A stretch of 64,000 nt of DNA from Erysipelotrichia bacterium (lineage in GTDB: Bacteria > Bacillota_I > Bacilli_A > Erysipelotrichales > Erysipelotrichaceae). This document shows, piece by piece, positions 9,178 to 18,324 of this stretch (position 1 is the stretch's first letter; every line of letters starts with the position of its first letter). A model generated the notes under the pieces. That model had not been told where the DNA came from, ran no database searches, and saw only the letters and a list, made by a program, of their open reading frames with translations. The stretch spans positions 8,596-72,595 of the forward strand of contig JAAZJL010000031.1 in the NCBI GenBank assembly GCA_012800355.1. Reading direction: 5' to 3'. Made by a program: the position numbers and the translations under genes.

Positions 9178-10890
9178 ATGGATTTAAAGAAGATTGTAAG
9201 TGCAATTGGTGCCATTGAAGAAAACAGCAATATTTCAAGTGAAGTGATTATTGATGCACTTAGTGAAGGACTAAAAACTGCTTATTATAGATTTATTGAT
9301 GTTAAAAAAGATTCAAATTTGCCTAAACCAAAATTAAGAGTTGAAGTTTCAAAAAAAGGTGAAATAAAACTATATCATATTAAAACTGTAGTAGAAGAAG
9401 TCAATGATGATGAATTAGAATTACAATTAAATGAAATAGTTGATCTTTATCCAGAAGCAAAAATTGGTGATGAAATTGAAAAAGAAGTTAACATTAAAAG
9501 CTTTGGACGAAAAGAAATTTCTAATCTGAAGAATGTTTTTACTCAAAAAATAAAAGAAGCTCACAAAAGAAACTTACTTGATAAATACAAAGACAAAGTT
9601 GATGATATTGTCAATGCTGTAGTTGAATCTGTTGAAGACAAGTTTGTCTTAGTTAAAATTGATGAATCTGATTTAGCATTATTAGCTCAAAGAGAACAAA
9701 TTCCTTATGAGAAGTATTATGATGGACAAAGACTTAAAGTTATCATCAAAGAAGTAAGCGATAAAACAAAAGGTGCACCAATTACTGTCTCTAGGGCTTC
9801 AAAAAATTTAGTTAAAAGATTATTTGAACAAACTGTTTCTGAAATATATGATGGTACAGTAGAAATAAAAGCAATTGCTAGAGTGGCAAATAGTAGAACC
9901 AAGATGGCAGTATATTCAAAAGATCCTAATGTTGATGCTATTGGTGCATGCATTGGTAATAGAGGCTCAAGAGTATCAGCAGTTATCTCAGAAATTAGAC
10001 AGCAAGATAACCTACTTACTCAAGAAAGCATTGATATCATTGAATGGTCTGATGATTATATTGAATATGTTAAAAATGTTATGAAGCCTGCAAATATTAT
10101 AGGTGTAATTCCTAAAGATGACATTATTCAAATTGTTGTTGAAGATGATCAATTATCATTAGCAATCGGAAAAAAAGGTATTAATGCTCAATTAGCTTCT
10201 GAATTATTAGCTAAAAAAGTTGATATCAAAACAGCAAGCGCTTTAGAAGAAGCTGGAATTGATTGGCAAACAGAAATGGCACAATATATTGCTAAAGAAC
10301 AAGAAAAACGCTTAAGAGAAGCTGAAAGAAAAGCTGCTGAACTTGCTAAAGCAGAGGCTGAAAGAAAAGCGAAAGAATTAGAACAATACTTGCAACAAAA
10401 AGCTTTAGAAACGGAAGAACAAACTAAATTAGATGATGAAAAATCTGAAAGTGTTGTTGATTCACATGATGAAGTAACAGAAAAGGATGAAATTAAAGAA
10501 AAAGAAGTTAAAGAAGCAGTAAAAGAACCAGAAAAAGAGAAAATTGAAGATGTTGTAAAAGAAACTGAGGAAGAAATTGAACTTCGTAAAGCTAAAATTG
10601 CTGCTAAAGCTGCTAAATATGTTTCAAAATTTGAAAGTTTAGCTGATGCAAGTAAAGAAGAAGATGATGATGAAAAAACAACTTCAAAAAGAAAAAGAAA
10701 AGAAACAAAAGAAGAAATTGAAGCTAGAGAAATCAGAGAAAAGATTGAAGAACTCAAAAAACAAGAATACGAAATCAAACCTGAATACACTGAGGAAGAG
10801 CTTGAAGAGTTTGAAAATCCAGATGAAGATTACTGGTATTATGATGACATAGACTTTGATGAATTCGATAAGTTTTATGATGAGGAATAA
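9178..10890 (+). CDS. nusA: Transcription termination/antitermination factor NusA with a long E/K-rich C-terminal extension
   Basis: 570 aa with an NTD, an S1 domain (DGQRLKVIIKEV) and KH1/KH2 domains (GACIGNRGSRV, LAIGKKGINAQLAS), followed by a roughly 220-aa low-complexity acidic/lysine tail. SD AGAGGGGA. Confidence 0.95.
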   Translation: MDLKKIVSAIGAIEENSNISSEVIIDALSEGLKTAYYRFIDVKKDSNLPKPKLRVEVSKKGEIKLYHIKTVVEEVNDDELELQLNEIVDLYPEAKIGDEIEKEVNIKSFGRKEISNLKNVFTQKIKEAHKRNLLDKYKDKVDDIVNAVVESVEDKFVLVKIDESDLALLAQREQIPYEKYYDGQRLKVIIKEVSDKTKGAPITVSRASKNLVKRLFEQTVSEIYDGTVEIKAIARVANSRTKMAVYSKDPNVDAIGACIGNRGSRVSAVISEIRQQDNLLTQESIDIIEWSDDYIEYVKNVMKPANIIGVIPKDDIIQIVVEDDQLSLAIGKKGINAQLASELLAKKVDIKTASALEEAGIDWQTEMAQYIAKEQEKRLREAERKAAELAKAEAERKAKELEQYLQQKALETEEQTKLDDEKSESVVDSHDEVTEKDEIKEKEVKEAVKEPEKEKIEDVVKETEEEIELRKAKIAAKAAKYVSKFESLADASKEEDDDEKTTSKRKRKETKEEIEAREIREKIEELKKQEYEIKPEYTEEELEEFENPDEDYWYYDDIDFDEFDKFYDEE

Positions 10891-10892
10891 AT

Positions 10893-11150
10893 TTGAAAAA
10901 AAGAAAAATTCCAATGAGAAAATGTATTATTACAAATGAACGTTTTCCAAAAAAAGAATTAATTAGAGTTGTAAGAACTCCAGAAAATGAAGTTGTTGTT
11001 GATTTAAGTGGAAAAATGAATGGCCGAGGTGCCTATTTAAAAAAAGATAAAGAAGTATTTGACTTAGCAAGAAGTAAAAATCTTCTTGCTAAGCAACTTG
11101 AATGTGAAGTAAAAGAAACTGTTTATGATGAATTAGATTCATTGTTATAA
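10893..11150 (+). CDS. ylxR: YlxR/RnpM family RNA-binding protein (DUF448)
   Basis: 85 aa with IPMRKCIITNERFPKKELIRVV...GRGAYL. The TTG start is taken from the ORF track and agrees with the Bacillus YlxR N-terminus. Conserved position between nusA and infB. Confidence 0.85.
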   Translation: MKKRKIPMRKCIITNERFPKKELIRVVRTPENEVVVDLSGKMNGRGAYLKKDKEVFDLARSKNLLAKQLECEVKETVYDELDSLL

Positions 11151-11173
11151 ATTAAATGAAAGGTGGTGCAGTT

Positions 11174-13000
11174 ATGACAAATAAAAAACCAAATAAAAGA
11201 AAAAGAAATAACAGCAATAAAAAGTACAATGGCAATTATACTAAAAAGAATCAAGTCGCAAAGGATTGTACTTATCAGGAAGGCATCACAGTTAAAGAAT
11301 TAGCTGAGAAGATTAATAAATCACCAGCTGATATTATTAAATTCTTATTTATGTTAGGTAAAATGTATACCGTTAATACATCTTTAGATGATGAAACAAT
11401 TGAATTAATTGCTTTAGAGTATGATATTAGTATAACTAAAGAAGAAATTGAAGATTCAGATTCTTTGGAAGACGATATTATTGATAAACCAGAAGAATTG
11501 GTGTCTAGAGCTCCAATCGTTACCATTATGGGACATGTTGACCATGGTAAAACGACCTTACTTGACTTTATAAGAAAAACAAATGTTACTGCTGGCGAAT
11601 TTGGTGGTATTACTCAACATATTGGTGCTTATCAAACAAATGTAAATGGTCAAAAGGTAACATTCTTAGATACTCCAGGACATGAGGCTTTTACAGCTAT
11701 GCGTTCTAGAGGAGCAAAAATGACTGATATTGTCGTTGTTATTGTAGCTGCTGATGATGGTGTTATGCCTCAAACAAAAGAAGCAATTGACCACGCAAGG
11801 GCTGCAGATGTACCTATTATTATTGCTATCAACAAAATTGATAAACATAATGCTAATGTTGATAAAGTCTATAATGAATTAGCTGACTATGGTTTGATAC
11901 CTGAAGAATGGGGCGGAGACACTATGTTTACAAAAATTAGTGCTAAATCTGGCGAAGGTGTTCAAACATTATTAGAAATGATTTTATTATTATCAGAAGT
12001 TTTAGAACTTAAAGCAAATCCTAAAAAATTGGCTACAGGTACTGTCGTGGAAGCAAAATTAGATAAAGGAAGAGGACCAGTTGCTACTTTGTTAGTACAA
12101 AATGGCACTCTTGATTCAAGTGACTGTTTAGTAGTTGGAACAGCATTCTGTAAAATTAGAAAAATGACTGATGATAAAGGTAAAGAGATTAAAACTGCAA
12201 AACCTTCAACACCAGTTGAAATAATTGGTTTATCAGATGTTCCTGAAGCAGGTGATCACTTTAAAGTTTTCGCTGATGAAAAACGTGCAAGAACTGTTGC
12301 AGATAGAAGAACCCAAACAAAAATTGAACTGGAAAGAAGAGCAATCGGTTTATCTCTTGATGATATAGCTACTAAAATTAAAGATGGTGATCTTAAACAA
12401 TTAGATATTATCATTAAAGCTGATGTTGCAGGTAGTGCTGAAGCAGTACAAAGTTCTATGGAAAAACTTTCTAATGAAGAAGTAAAGATTCGTGTATTAA
12501 GAGCTGCAGCAGGGGGAATAACTGAATCTGATGTTATGTTAGCAACTACATCAAATGCAATTATTTATGGTTTTAATGTTAGACCAAATGCGATAGTCAA
12601 AAGAATGGCAGAAGATAACAACATTTCTATCAGACTGCATAATATAATTTATAAAGCCTTAGAAGAATTAGAATCCATAATGAAAGGTATGTTAGCTCCT
12701 GTTTATGAAGAAGTTGTCTTAGGACAAGCTACAGTAAGACAGTTATTTAAAGTAAGTAGAATTGGCACGATTGCTGGTTGTATGGTTGATGATGGTATCA
12801 TAAAGAATAATTGTGGTGTTAGATTAATTAGAAATGGTGTTGTTATATACACTGGTAAATTAGGTTCACTACAACGCTTTAAAGATAATGTCAAAGAAGT
12901 TAAAGAAGGTTATGAGTGTGGTTTAACAATTGAAAGATATAATGACATTAAAGTTGACGATATAATTGAAGCTTTTGAAGATCAAGAAGTAACGGAGTAA
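11174..13000 (+). CDS. infB: Translation initiation factor IF-2
   Basis: G-domain motifs [14 protein letters not shown] and NKID. The start is placed at ATG 11174 behind SD AAGGTGG, rather than at the ORF-track start 11156. Confidence 0.95.
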   Translation: MTNKKPNKRKRNNSNKKYNGNYTKKNQVAKDCTYQEGITVKELAEKINKSPADIIKFLFMLGKMYTVNTSLDDETIELIALEYDISITKEEIEDSDSLEDDIIDKPEELVSRAPIVTIMGHVDHGKTTLLDFIRKTNVTAGEFGGITQHIGAYQTNVNGQKVTFLDTPGHEAFTAMRSRGAKMTDIVVVIVAADDGVMPQTKEAIDHARAADVPIIIAINKIDKHNANVDKVYNELADYGLIPEEWGGDTMFTKISAKSGEGVQTLLEMILLLSEVLELKANPKKLATGTVVEAKLDKGRGPVATLLVQNGTLDSSDCLVVGTAFCKIRKMTDDKGKEIKTAKPSTPVEIIGLSDVPEAGDHFKVFADEKRARTVADRRTQTKIELERRAIGLSLDDIATKIKDGDLKQLDIIIKADVAGSAEAVQSSMEKLSNEEVKIRVLRAAAGGITESDVMLATTSNAIIYGFNVRPNAIVKRMAEDNNISIRLHNIIYKALEELESIMKGMLAPVYEEVVLGQATVRQLFKVSRIGTIAGCMVDDGIIKNNCGVRLIRNGVVIYTGKLGSLQRFKDNVKEVKEGYECGLTIERYNDIKVDDIIEAFEDQEVTE

Positions 13001-13003
13001 AAT

Positions 13004-13354
13004 ATGTCACTTAAAAAAGAACGTTTACAATCTGAAATATTAAGACATCTAACCTTAATAATAAGGGATGATGTTAAAGATTCAAGCGTAGGTTATGTTA
13101 CTGTTACTGATGTAATTTTAAATAATGATAGTTCAATCGCTAAAGTATATGTTACTTTTTTGGATAAATATAACAAAGATGAATATCGTTTAGCAGCATT
13201 AAATAAAGCTAAAGGATTAATTAGAAGTAAATTATCAAAGAAATTAACTATTAGAAAATGTCCTGAAATTATCTTTGTTTTAGATACATCACTTCAAAAA
13301 GCTAATCGTATTGATGAAATTATAAGCCAACTAAATAAGGAAGAAGAGAAATAA
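13004..13354 (+). CDS. rbfA: Ribosome-binding factor A
   Basis: 116 aa with the RbfA pattern (KERLQSEILRHL, VTVTDV...AKVYV), directly after infB. Confidence 0.9.
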   Translation: MSLKKERLQSEILRHLTLIIRDDVKDSSVGYVTVTDVILNNDSSIAKVYVTFLDKYNKDEYRLAALNKAKGLIRSKLSKKLTIRKCPEIIFVLDTSLQKANRIDEIISQLNKEEEK

Positions 13355-13374
13355 AGTTCTCTTCTTTTTATTTA
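13341..13374 (+). terminator. Rho-independent terminator ending the nusA-infB-rbfA unit
   Basis: AAGAAGAGAA-ATAAAG-TTCTCTTCTT is a 10-bp stem followed by TTTTATTT. It overlaps the rbfA stop codon. Confidence 0.8.
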
Positions 13375-13399
13375 TGGATATATTCTAATATGGTATAAT
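13375..13399 (+). promoter_or_regulatory. Candidate promoter for psuK-psuG
   Basis: TAATAT (13386-13391) and an extended -10 TGgTATAAT (13391-13399) lie just after the rbfA terminator. The -35 is poor, and the second box leaves a very short leader. Confidence 0.35.
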
Positions 13400-13416
13400 A
13401 TTTATGGAGTTTAGAT

Positions 13417-14358
13417 ATGAAAAAAGAATATGTTTTAGGTATTGGTGCAGCAAATATTGACATAAATGGTCGTAGTAATCAGCCAATTATTTTACATGAT
13501 TCTAATCCTGGATTTATGTCAATTTCTGCTGGTGGAGTAACTAGAAATGTTTTAGAAAACTTGGCAAGAATTGGTTATCCTTGTAAAATTATTACCGCTA
13601 TTGGTGATGATAATAATGGTAAGTTTATAAAAAAATACTCTACTGAAGCTGGAATTGATTTTTCATATGCGTTAACTGTTAAAAATAAAAATTCATCTTC
13701 ATATTTATGTATTTTAAATGAAAGCGGAGATATGTATATTTCTTTAAGTGACATGCATATAATAAATAATATTACTGTTGATTACCTAAAAAAAGTTGAG
13801 GAAGTTATTTTAAATGCCAAGATTATTACAATTGATCCTTGTCTTTCAGAAGAAGTACTTGACTTTATATGTAAAAAACATTCCAAGGATAAAGAAATAT
13901 TTTGTGATCCAGTCAGTAGCGCTTATGCTAAAAGAATTAAGAAATATTTACCTTATATCCATACAATTAAACCAAATGAACTGGAATTAGCAGTATTGAC
14001 AGATTATCCTACCCATACAAAACAAGAAAAAATTAAAGCATGTAAGATACTAATTGAAAAAGGTGTCAAAAGAGTTTTTGTTTCACTTGGAAAAGAAGGC
14101 TGTTTGTATTATGATAATTTAGGTAATTGTCTTACAAAGTCATTTAACGAAGTAGAAATGATTAATGCTTCAGGTGCAGGAGATTCCTTTATGGCCGGTG
14201 TAATATATAGTTATGTTAATGATTTTGACATAGAAAAAACATTAGATTTTGCTTTAGCTGCAGGAATTGTTGCGATAAGTACGACACACACTATTAACCC
14301 AGAAATGGGTTTAAATAAAATTGAAGAAATTATTTTAAAAGAAAGAGGTAAAAAATGA
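13417..14358 (+). CDS. psuK: Pseudouridine kinase (PfkB family sugar kinase)
   Basis: 313 aa PfkB fold (GGVTRNV, NASGAGDSF). A 4-nt ATGA overlap with the downstream pseudouridine-5'-phosphate glycosidase supports the specific call. Confidence 0.75.
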   Translation: MKKEYVLGIGAANIDINGRSNQPIILHDSNPGFMSISAGGVTRNVLENLARIGYPCKIITAIGDDNNGKFIKKYSTEAGIDFSYALTVKNKNSSSYLCILNESGDMYISLSDMHIINNITVDYLKKVEEVILNAKIITIDPCLSEEVLDFICKKHSKDKEIFCDPVSSAYAKRIKKYLPYIHTIKPNELELAVLTDYPTHTKQEKIKACKILIEKGVKRVFVSLGKEGCLYYDNLGNCLTKSFNEVEMINASGAGDSFMAGVIYSYVNDFDIEKTLDFALAAGIVAISTTHTINPEMGLNKIEEIILKERGKK

Positions 14359-15278
14359 GTTTTAAAAAATACTTGAGTATTACAGATGAAATAGCAGAAG
14401 CTATTAAAAAAGGTAAACCCGTTGTTGCTTTAGAATCAACAATTCTTTCACATGGTATGCCTTATCCTGAAAATGTTGAATTTGCTAACAATGTCGAAAA
14501 AATAGTGAGAGAAAATGGAGCAATTCCAGCTACAACTGCCATCATTAACGGAAAGTTAAAAGTTGGTCTAAATAAAGAAGAATTACTGTTGATGTGTAAA
14601 GCAGATAATATTGGTAAAGTTTCTCGTAGAGATGTAGCTACTTATTTAGCTACAAAACAAAATGGAGCAACTACTGTTGCAACAACAATGTTAATAGCTG
14701 AAATGGCGAAAATTCGTGTTTTTGCTACTGGTGGTATTGGTGGTGTTCATCGAGGAGCTCAACAAACAATGGATATTTCGGCTGATTTACAAGAATTAGC
14801 ACATACTAATGTCGCAGTAATAGGTGCTGGATGTAAATCTATTTTGGATATTGGATTAACTTTAGAATATTTAGAGACTATGGGCGTGCCAGTTTTAGGC
14901 TATAAAACTGATGATTTCCCTGCTTTCTATACAACAAAATCAGGTTTTGGTGTGGATTATAATTTACCAGATGCAAAAACAACCGCAAAAATAATGAAAA
15001 CTAAATGGGATTTGGGACTAAAAGGTGGCATTCTAATTGCTAATCCAATTCCTGAACAATATTCTTTAGATTTTGATGAAATGGAAATGGTAATTAATCA
15101 AGCGTTAAAATTAGCTGATGAAAAAGGTATAAAAGGTAAAGAAACAACACCATTTTTACTTGCAAATATTAAAGAAATTACTAAAGGCCAATCTTTTGCT
15201 AGCAACTTACAATTAGCTTATAATAATGCGAAAGTAGCAAGTGAAATTGCGGTTGAATTTGCAAAAATTTCAAAATAA
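14355..15278 (+). CDS. psuG: Pseudouridine-5'-phosphate glycosidase (IndA/YeiN family)
   Basis: 307 aa with KPVVALESTILSHGMPYPEN and ATGGIGGVHRG, typical of PsuG. Confidence 0.9.
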   Translation: MSFKKYLSITDEIAEAIKKGKPVVALESTILSHGMPYPENVEFANNVEKIVRENGAIPATTAIINGKLKVGLNKEELLLMCKADNIGKVSRRDVATYLATKQNGATTVATTMLIAEMAKIRVFATGGIGGVHRGAQQTMDISADLQELAHTNVAVIGAGCKSILDIGLTLEYLETMGVPVLGYKTDDFPAFYTTKSGFGVDYNLPDAKTTAKIMKTKWDLGLKGGILIANPIPEQYSLDFDEMEMVINQALKLADEKGIKGKETTPFLLANIKEITKGQSFASNLQLAYNNAKVASEIAVEFAKISK

Positions 15279-15281
15279 ATA

Positions 15282-15307
15282 ACAGTTCGTAAGGACTGTT
15301 TTTATTT
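15282..15307 (+). terminator. Rho-independent terminator after psuG
   Basis: ACAGTTC-GTAA-GGACTGT is a 7-bp stem with one G-U pair and a GNRA-type loop, followed by TTTTTATTT. Confidence 0.7.
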
Positions 15308-15433
15308 ACATTAATAAATATTAATGATATATTTTAGTTATACAATTAATAAAAAACAAATAAAAATATTATAGTATCTATTGATTACTATTTATTATTA
15401 GTGTTTTTTATTAATTTAAAGTAGATTAAGAAA

Positions 15434-16645
15434 ATGAAAAAAATTATCAAATTAATACTTATTGTTTCTTTTATATTTGCAACATTAATAGGTTGTGATA
15501 AAAAAGAAGTAAGTCTTGATCCAATTTCTGAAACACAGCTAGATGAGTATTTAGCAGGAAGAGACCCTTTCATAGAAGAAAACGACATTGAGGGCTATTA
15601 CAATTTAATTTCAAGAATTTGTGATAAAAAAACTGATGAAATAGTAGTTACATTTGAAGGTAGTTCTCTATTGATAGAGTACACTGCAAAATATCAGGTG
15701 AAATTATATGCTGTCGATCATGGTTGGAAAATAGAAAGTTTCGACATTTTAGAGAGTAATCAAAAAGCTAAAGAAATTACTCCTAGTATGTTGAAAAATC
15801 TGATTGAAGGTGTTGATAAAAATGTAACAGAAGGAATGAAAGGTTCATACTCAGTTGTATCGCAAGTAGTTGAAGATGGTGTAATTAAGTTTACATTAAG
15901 GTTTAACTCAAATGATGGAACCTATAGTGCTGAATATGAAGGTGAAGCTATTATAGAAGATGGTGAGCTTAAATTACAAAAAGTAGTAATCAATACAATA
16001 TCTGATGATTCAAAAAATGGAGAAGGAGAAACATTATTAAGCAATAATTATGATCCAAATAAAAAAGCTGCAGATTATGGTTATAAAGCTCCAGCTAAAC
16101 CACAAATTGATAGTGAAACGGTTAAAAATTTGGTTGAAGAGAATAAACCTGGTTTTAATGTAACAAAAGTTAAATATAAATCACAGACTGGTCCTATTCT
16201 TTTATATGAAATAACTCTTGAAAAACGTCACAAATATGTTAAAGATGTTGAAGAATGGCAATTTGGAGTATCTTTTATAGCTATGAAATATAATATTGTA
16301 GGTTCAGAAAAAATCAGTGCTACTACAAATTCAAATTTTGAAGGTGTTTATGTAAATAAAGCTAATGGAAGTTATATTATAATGCATGAAAATTGGAAAA
16401 TTGAATTACATGAATTCTATATTGCTGGTGGACAGTTAAAAGAAATTGTTTTAAATGAGTATCACAGTATTTCTAGCAGTAAAATGACTTGGAAAAACAG
16501 AAAGAAAATTTTTAAAAATGTTTGGACAGATGGAGCAGAACCTGAAAGTTTTGCTGTAAATATCTTATCAATAAATGAATTACAATTGAATGCAAATATA
16601 CTATCATCTAAATCAGGAGATGTTTTTGTAAAAGTTGAAGATTAA
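15434..16645 (+). CDS. Lipoprotein of unknown function
   Basis: 403 aa with signal peptide MKKIIKLILIVSFIFATLIGC and lipobox L-I-G-C. I recognise no domain in the mature part. Confidence 0.8.
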   Translation: MKKIIKLILIVSFIFATLIGCDKKEVSLDPISETQLDEYLAGRDPFIEENDIEGYYNLISRICDKKTDEIVVTFEGSSLLIEYTAKYQVKLYAVDHGWKIESFDILESNQKAKEITPSMLKNLIEGVDKNVTEGMKGSYSVVSQVVEDGVIKFTLRFNSNDGTYSAEYEGEAIIEDGELKLQKVVINTISDDSKNGEGETLLSNNYDPNKKAADYGYKAPAKPQIDSETVKNLVEENKPGFNVTKVKYKSQTGPILLYEITLEKRHKYVKDVEEWQFGVSFIAMKYNIVGSEKISATTNSNFEGVYVNKANGSYIIMHENWKIELHEFYIAGGQLKEIVLNEYHSISSSKMTWKNRKKIFKNVWTDGAEPESFAVNILSINELQLNANILSSKSGDVFVKVED

Positions 16646-16650
16646 TGAAT

Positions 16651-16684
16651 AAAAAGAATCTATTTATTTGATAGATTCTTTTTC
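16651..16684. terminator. Bidirectional terminator between the convergent lipoprotein and ttcA-like genes
   Basis: AAAAAGAATCTAT-TTATTTG-ATAGATTCTTTTT is a 9-bp stem flanked by an A-run and a T-run. It overlaps the last codons of the minus-strand gene. Confidence 0.8.
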
Positions 16685-17410
16685 TTTTGGTTTAAATATT
16701 TGTACTTTATTATAGTTTCTTAACATTAATTGAAAATTTTCTCGACATTTGTATGTTTTATATAGATTTTCTAGTATTTTTTTAATATTTTCGCGTTCTG
16801 TGTTACCATCGTTACTGCATTTTGAATCTACAATTGGAATTTGTAAATCCCTGATAGTTTTTGAGATATCATTTTCATAAGCATAGATAAGAGGTCTAAT
16901 TAGATTAATATCCATTCTTGATAAATACATATTTGGCAAAAATGTAGCTAATCTACCACCATGAATCATATTCATAAATAATGTTTCTACAGCGTCATCA
17001 GAATGATGTCCAAAAGCTAATTTATTACAACCATATTTTTTAGCAGCTTCAATAATTGCTCCTTTTCTAAGTTTTGAGCATAATGAACATTCAAATTTTC
17101 CTTCTTTTGTTAAATGAAGTTCCAAAATTTCTTTTATTTGAGTAGGATATATGATAATTTCTAAATTAAATTGTTTAAAATAATCAATTAATTCATCAAT
17201 GCTATTATCTCCAAATCCTAAATCACAATAAATAGGAATTAATTGATATTTCTTTTGTGAAAATCTTTGGTATAAATATAAACAGTACAAAAGAATAGAT
17301 GAGTCTTTACCACCTGAAACACCTACACAGATTTTATCTCCATCATTTATTAAATCATAATCATTATCAGCTTTTCTAAGACAGCCCAAAACTTTTTTAA
17401 TATTACTCAT
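16664..17410 (-). CDS. ttcA: TtcA-like PP-loop ATPase (tRNA 2-thiocytidine / thiolation family)
   Basis: PP-loop VGVSGGKDSS, the CSLCSKLRKG motif typical of TtcA, and HHSDDAVETLFMN. The start is placed at ATG 17410 (MSNIKKV) behind GGTGA. Confidence 0.75.
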   Translation of the reverse strand: MSNIKKVLGCLRKADNDYDLINDGDKICVGVSGGKDSSILLYCLYLYQRFSQKKYQLIPIYCDLGFGDNSIDELIDYFKQFNLEIIIYPTQIKEILELHLTKEGKFECSLCSKLRKGAIIEAAKKYGCNKLAFGHHSDDAVETLFMNMIHGGRLATFLPNMYLSRMDINLIRPLIYAYENDISKTIRDLQIPIVDSKCSNDGNTERENIKKILENLYKTYKCRENFQLMLRNYNKVQIFKPKEKESIK

Positions 17411-17475
17411 GATTTCACCATAAACATTATATCTCATTTTTTAGTAAAATATGCTATTATTTAGGGGGAATTTTT

Positions 17476-18324
17476 ATGAATGGAATTATTTTAGTCAATA
17501 AACCAATAGGTATTACATCACATGATTTAGTTGTAAAAGTAAGAAAGGCATTAAATCAAAAAAGAATAGGGCATACTGGAACTTTAGATCCAATTGCTGA
17601 TGGTTTAATGATTTTAACCATTGGTAAAACTACAAAAATACTTCCTTATATTGCTGATGTTTATAAAGAATATGTTTGTGAAATGAAGTTTGGGCAAAGA
17701 ACTGATACTTTGGATATTACTGGAACTGTTTTAGAGGAAAAAGAAGTAAAATTTATTTCAAAAGAAGAGTTAATTAAGATTTTAAATTCTTTTTTAGGAA
17801 AATCTTTGCAAAAACCACCAATGTATTCCGCTAAAAAAATTGATGGTCAGCCATTATATAAATTAGCTAGAAAAAATATTGAAATAGAACGTGAAAGTTG
17901 TGAAATTGAAATTAAGGAAATAGAATTATTAGGTTATTTTAATAATACGCTAAAATTTAGAGTTGTATGTTCAACAGGCACTTATGTTAGAGTATTAGTA
18001 CAAGATATAGCAAATAAAATTGGAAATTTTGCAGTAATGACTAAACTAACAAGAACTAAAATTGATAAATTTAAGCTAGAAAATGCCTTTACATTGCAAC
18101 AAATAAAAGAGGGGAATTTTACTTTAATTTCTTCCTATGAAGTTTTATCAAGTTATAGGTATATTGAATTACAAGATTTAACAAAAATATATCAAGGTAA
18201 AAAAATGAATTTTGATTTTTGTAATGATGAAATAGTTATGATTACTAAAAATAATGAAGTAATAGCGGCATATCAAAGAAATGATGAAGATGGTTTATAC
18301 TATTGTAAAAGAGGTTTATGGTGA
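17476..18324 (+). CDS. truB: tRNA pseudouridine(55) synthase TruB
   Basis: 282 aa with the catalytic motif GHTGTLDP and a C-terminal PUA-like region. TGA stop. Confidence 0.95.
   Translation: MNGIILVNKPIGITSHDLVVKVRKALNQKRIGHTGTLDPIADGLMILTIGKTTKILPYIADVYKEYVCEMKFGQRTDTLDITGTVLEEKEVKFISKEELIKILNSFLGKSLQKPPMYSAKKIDGQPLYKLARKNIEIERESCEIEIKEIELLGYFNNTLKFRVVCSTGTYVRVLVQDIANKIGNFAVMTKLTRTKIDKFKLENAFTLQQIKEGNFTLISSYEVLSSYRYIELQDLTKIYQGKKMNFDFCNDEIVMITKNNEVIAAYQRNDEDGLYYCKRGLW

Noticed and set aside
10188-10790. 200-aa minus-strand ORF (S/F/L-rich) plus overlapping small ORFs at 10646-10852 and 10684-10914.
   Set aside because: It is antisense to the GAA/AAA/AAG-rich tail of nusA. Its composition is exactly what the reverse complement of Glu/Lys codons yields. 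It has no SD and no independent signal.
17452-17460. Extended -10-like TGcTATTAT in the 39-66 bp gap between ttcA and truB, as a possible truB promoter.
   Set aside because: It ends only 15 nt before the truB ATG, so the predicted transcript would begin inside or after the GGGGGA Shine-Dalgarno. The real truB promoter is probably further upstream, within the ttcA 5' region.
18322-18324. Possibility that this is a code-4 (TGA=Trp) Mollicute, given the AT richness and Mollicutes-like protein architectures.
   Set aside because: TGA ends truB (…GLW-TGA, with Trp encoded by TGG) and psuK (ATGA overlap with psuG) at the positions expected from homologs. No gene needs an in-frame TGA read-through.
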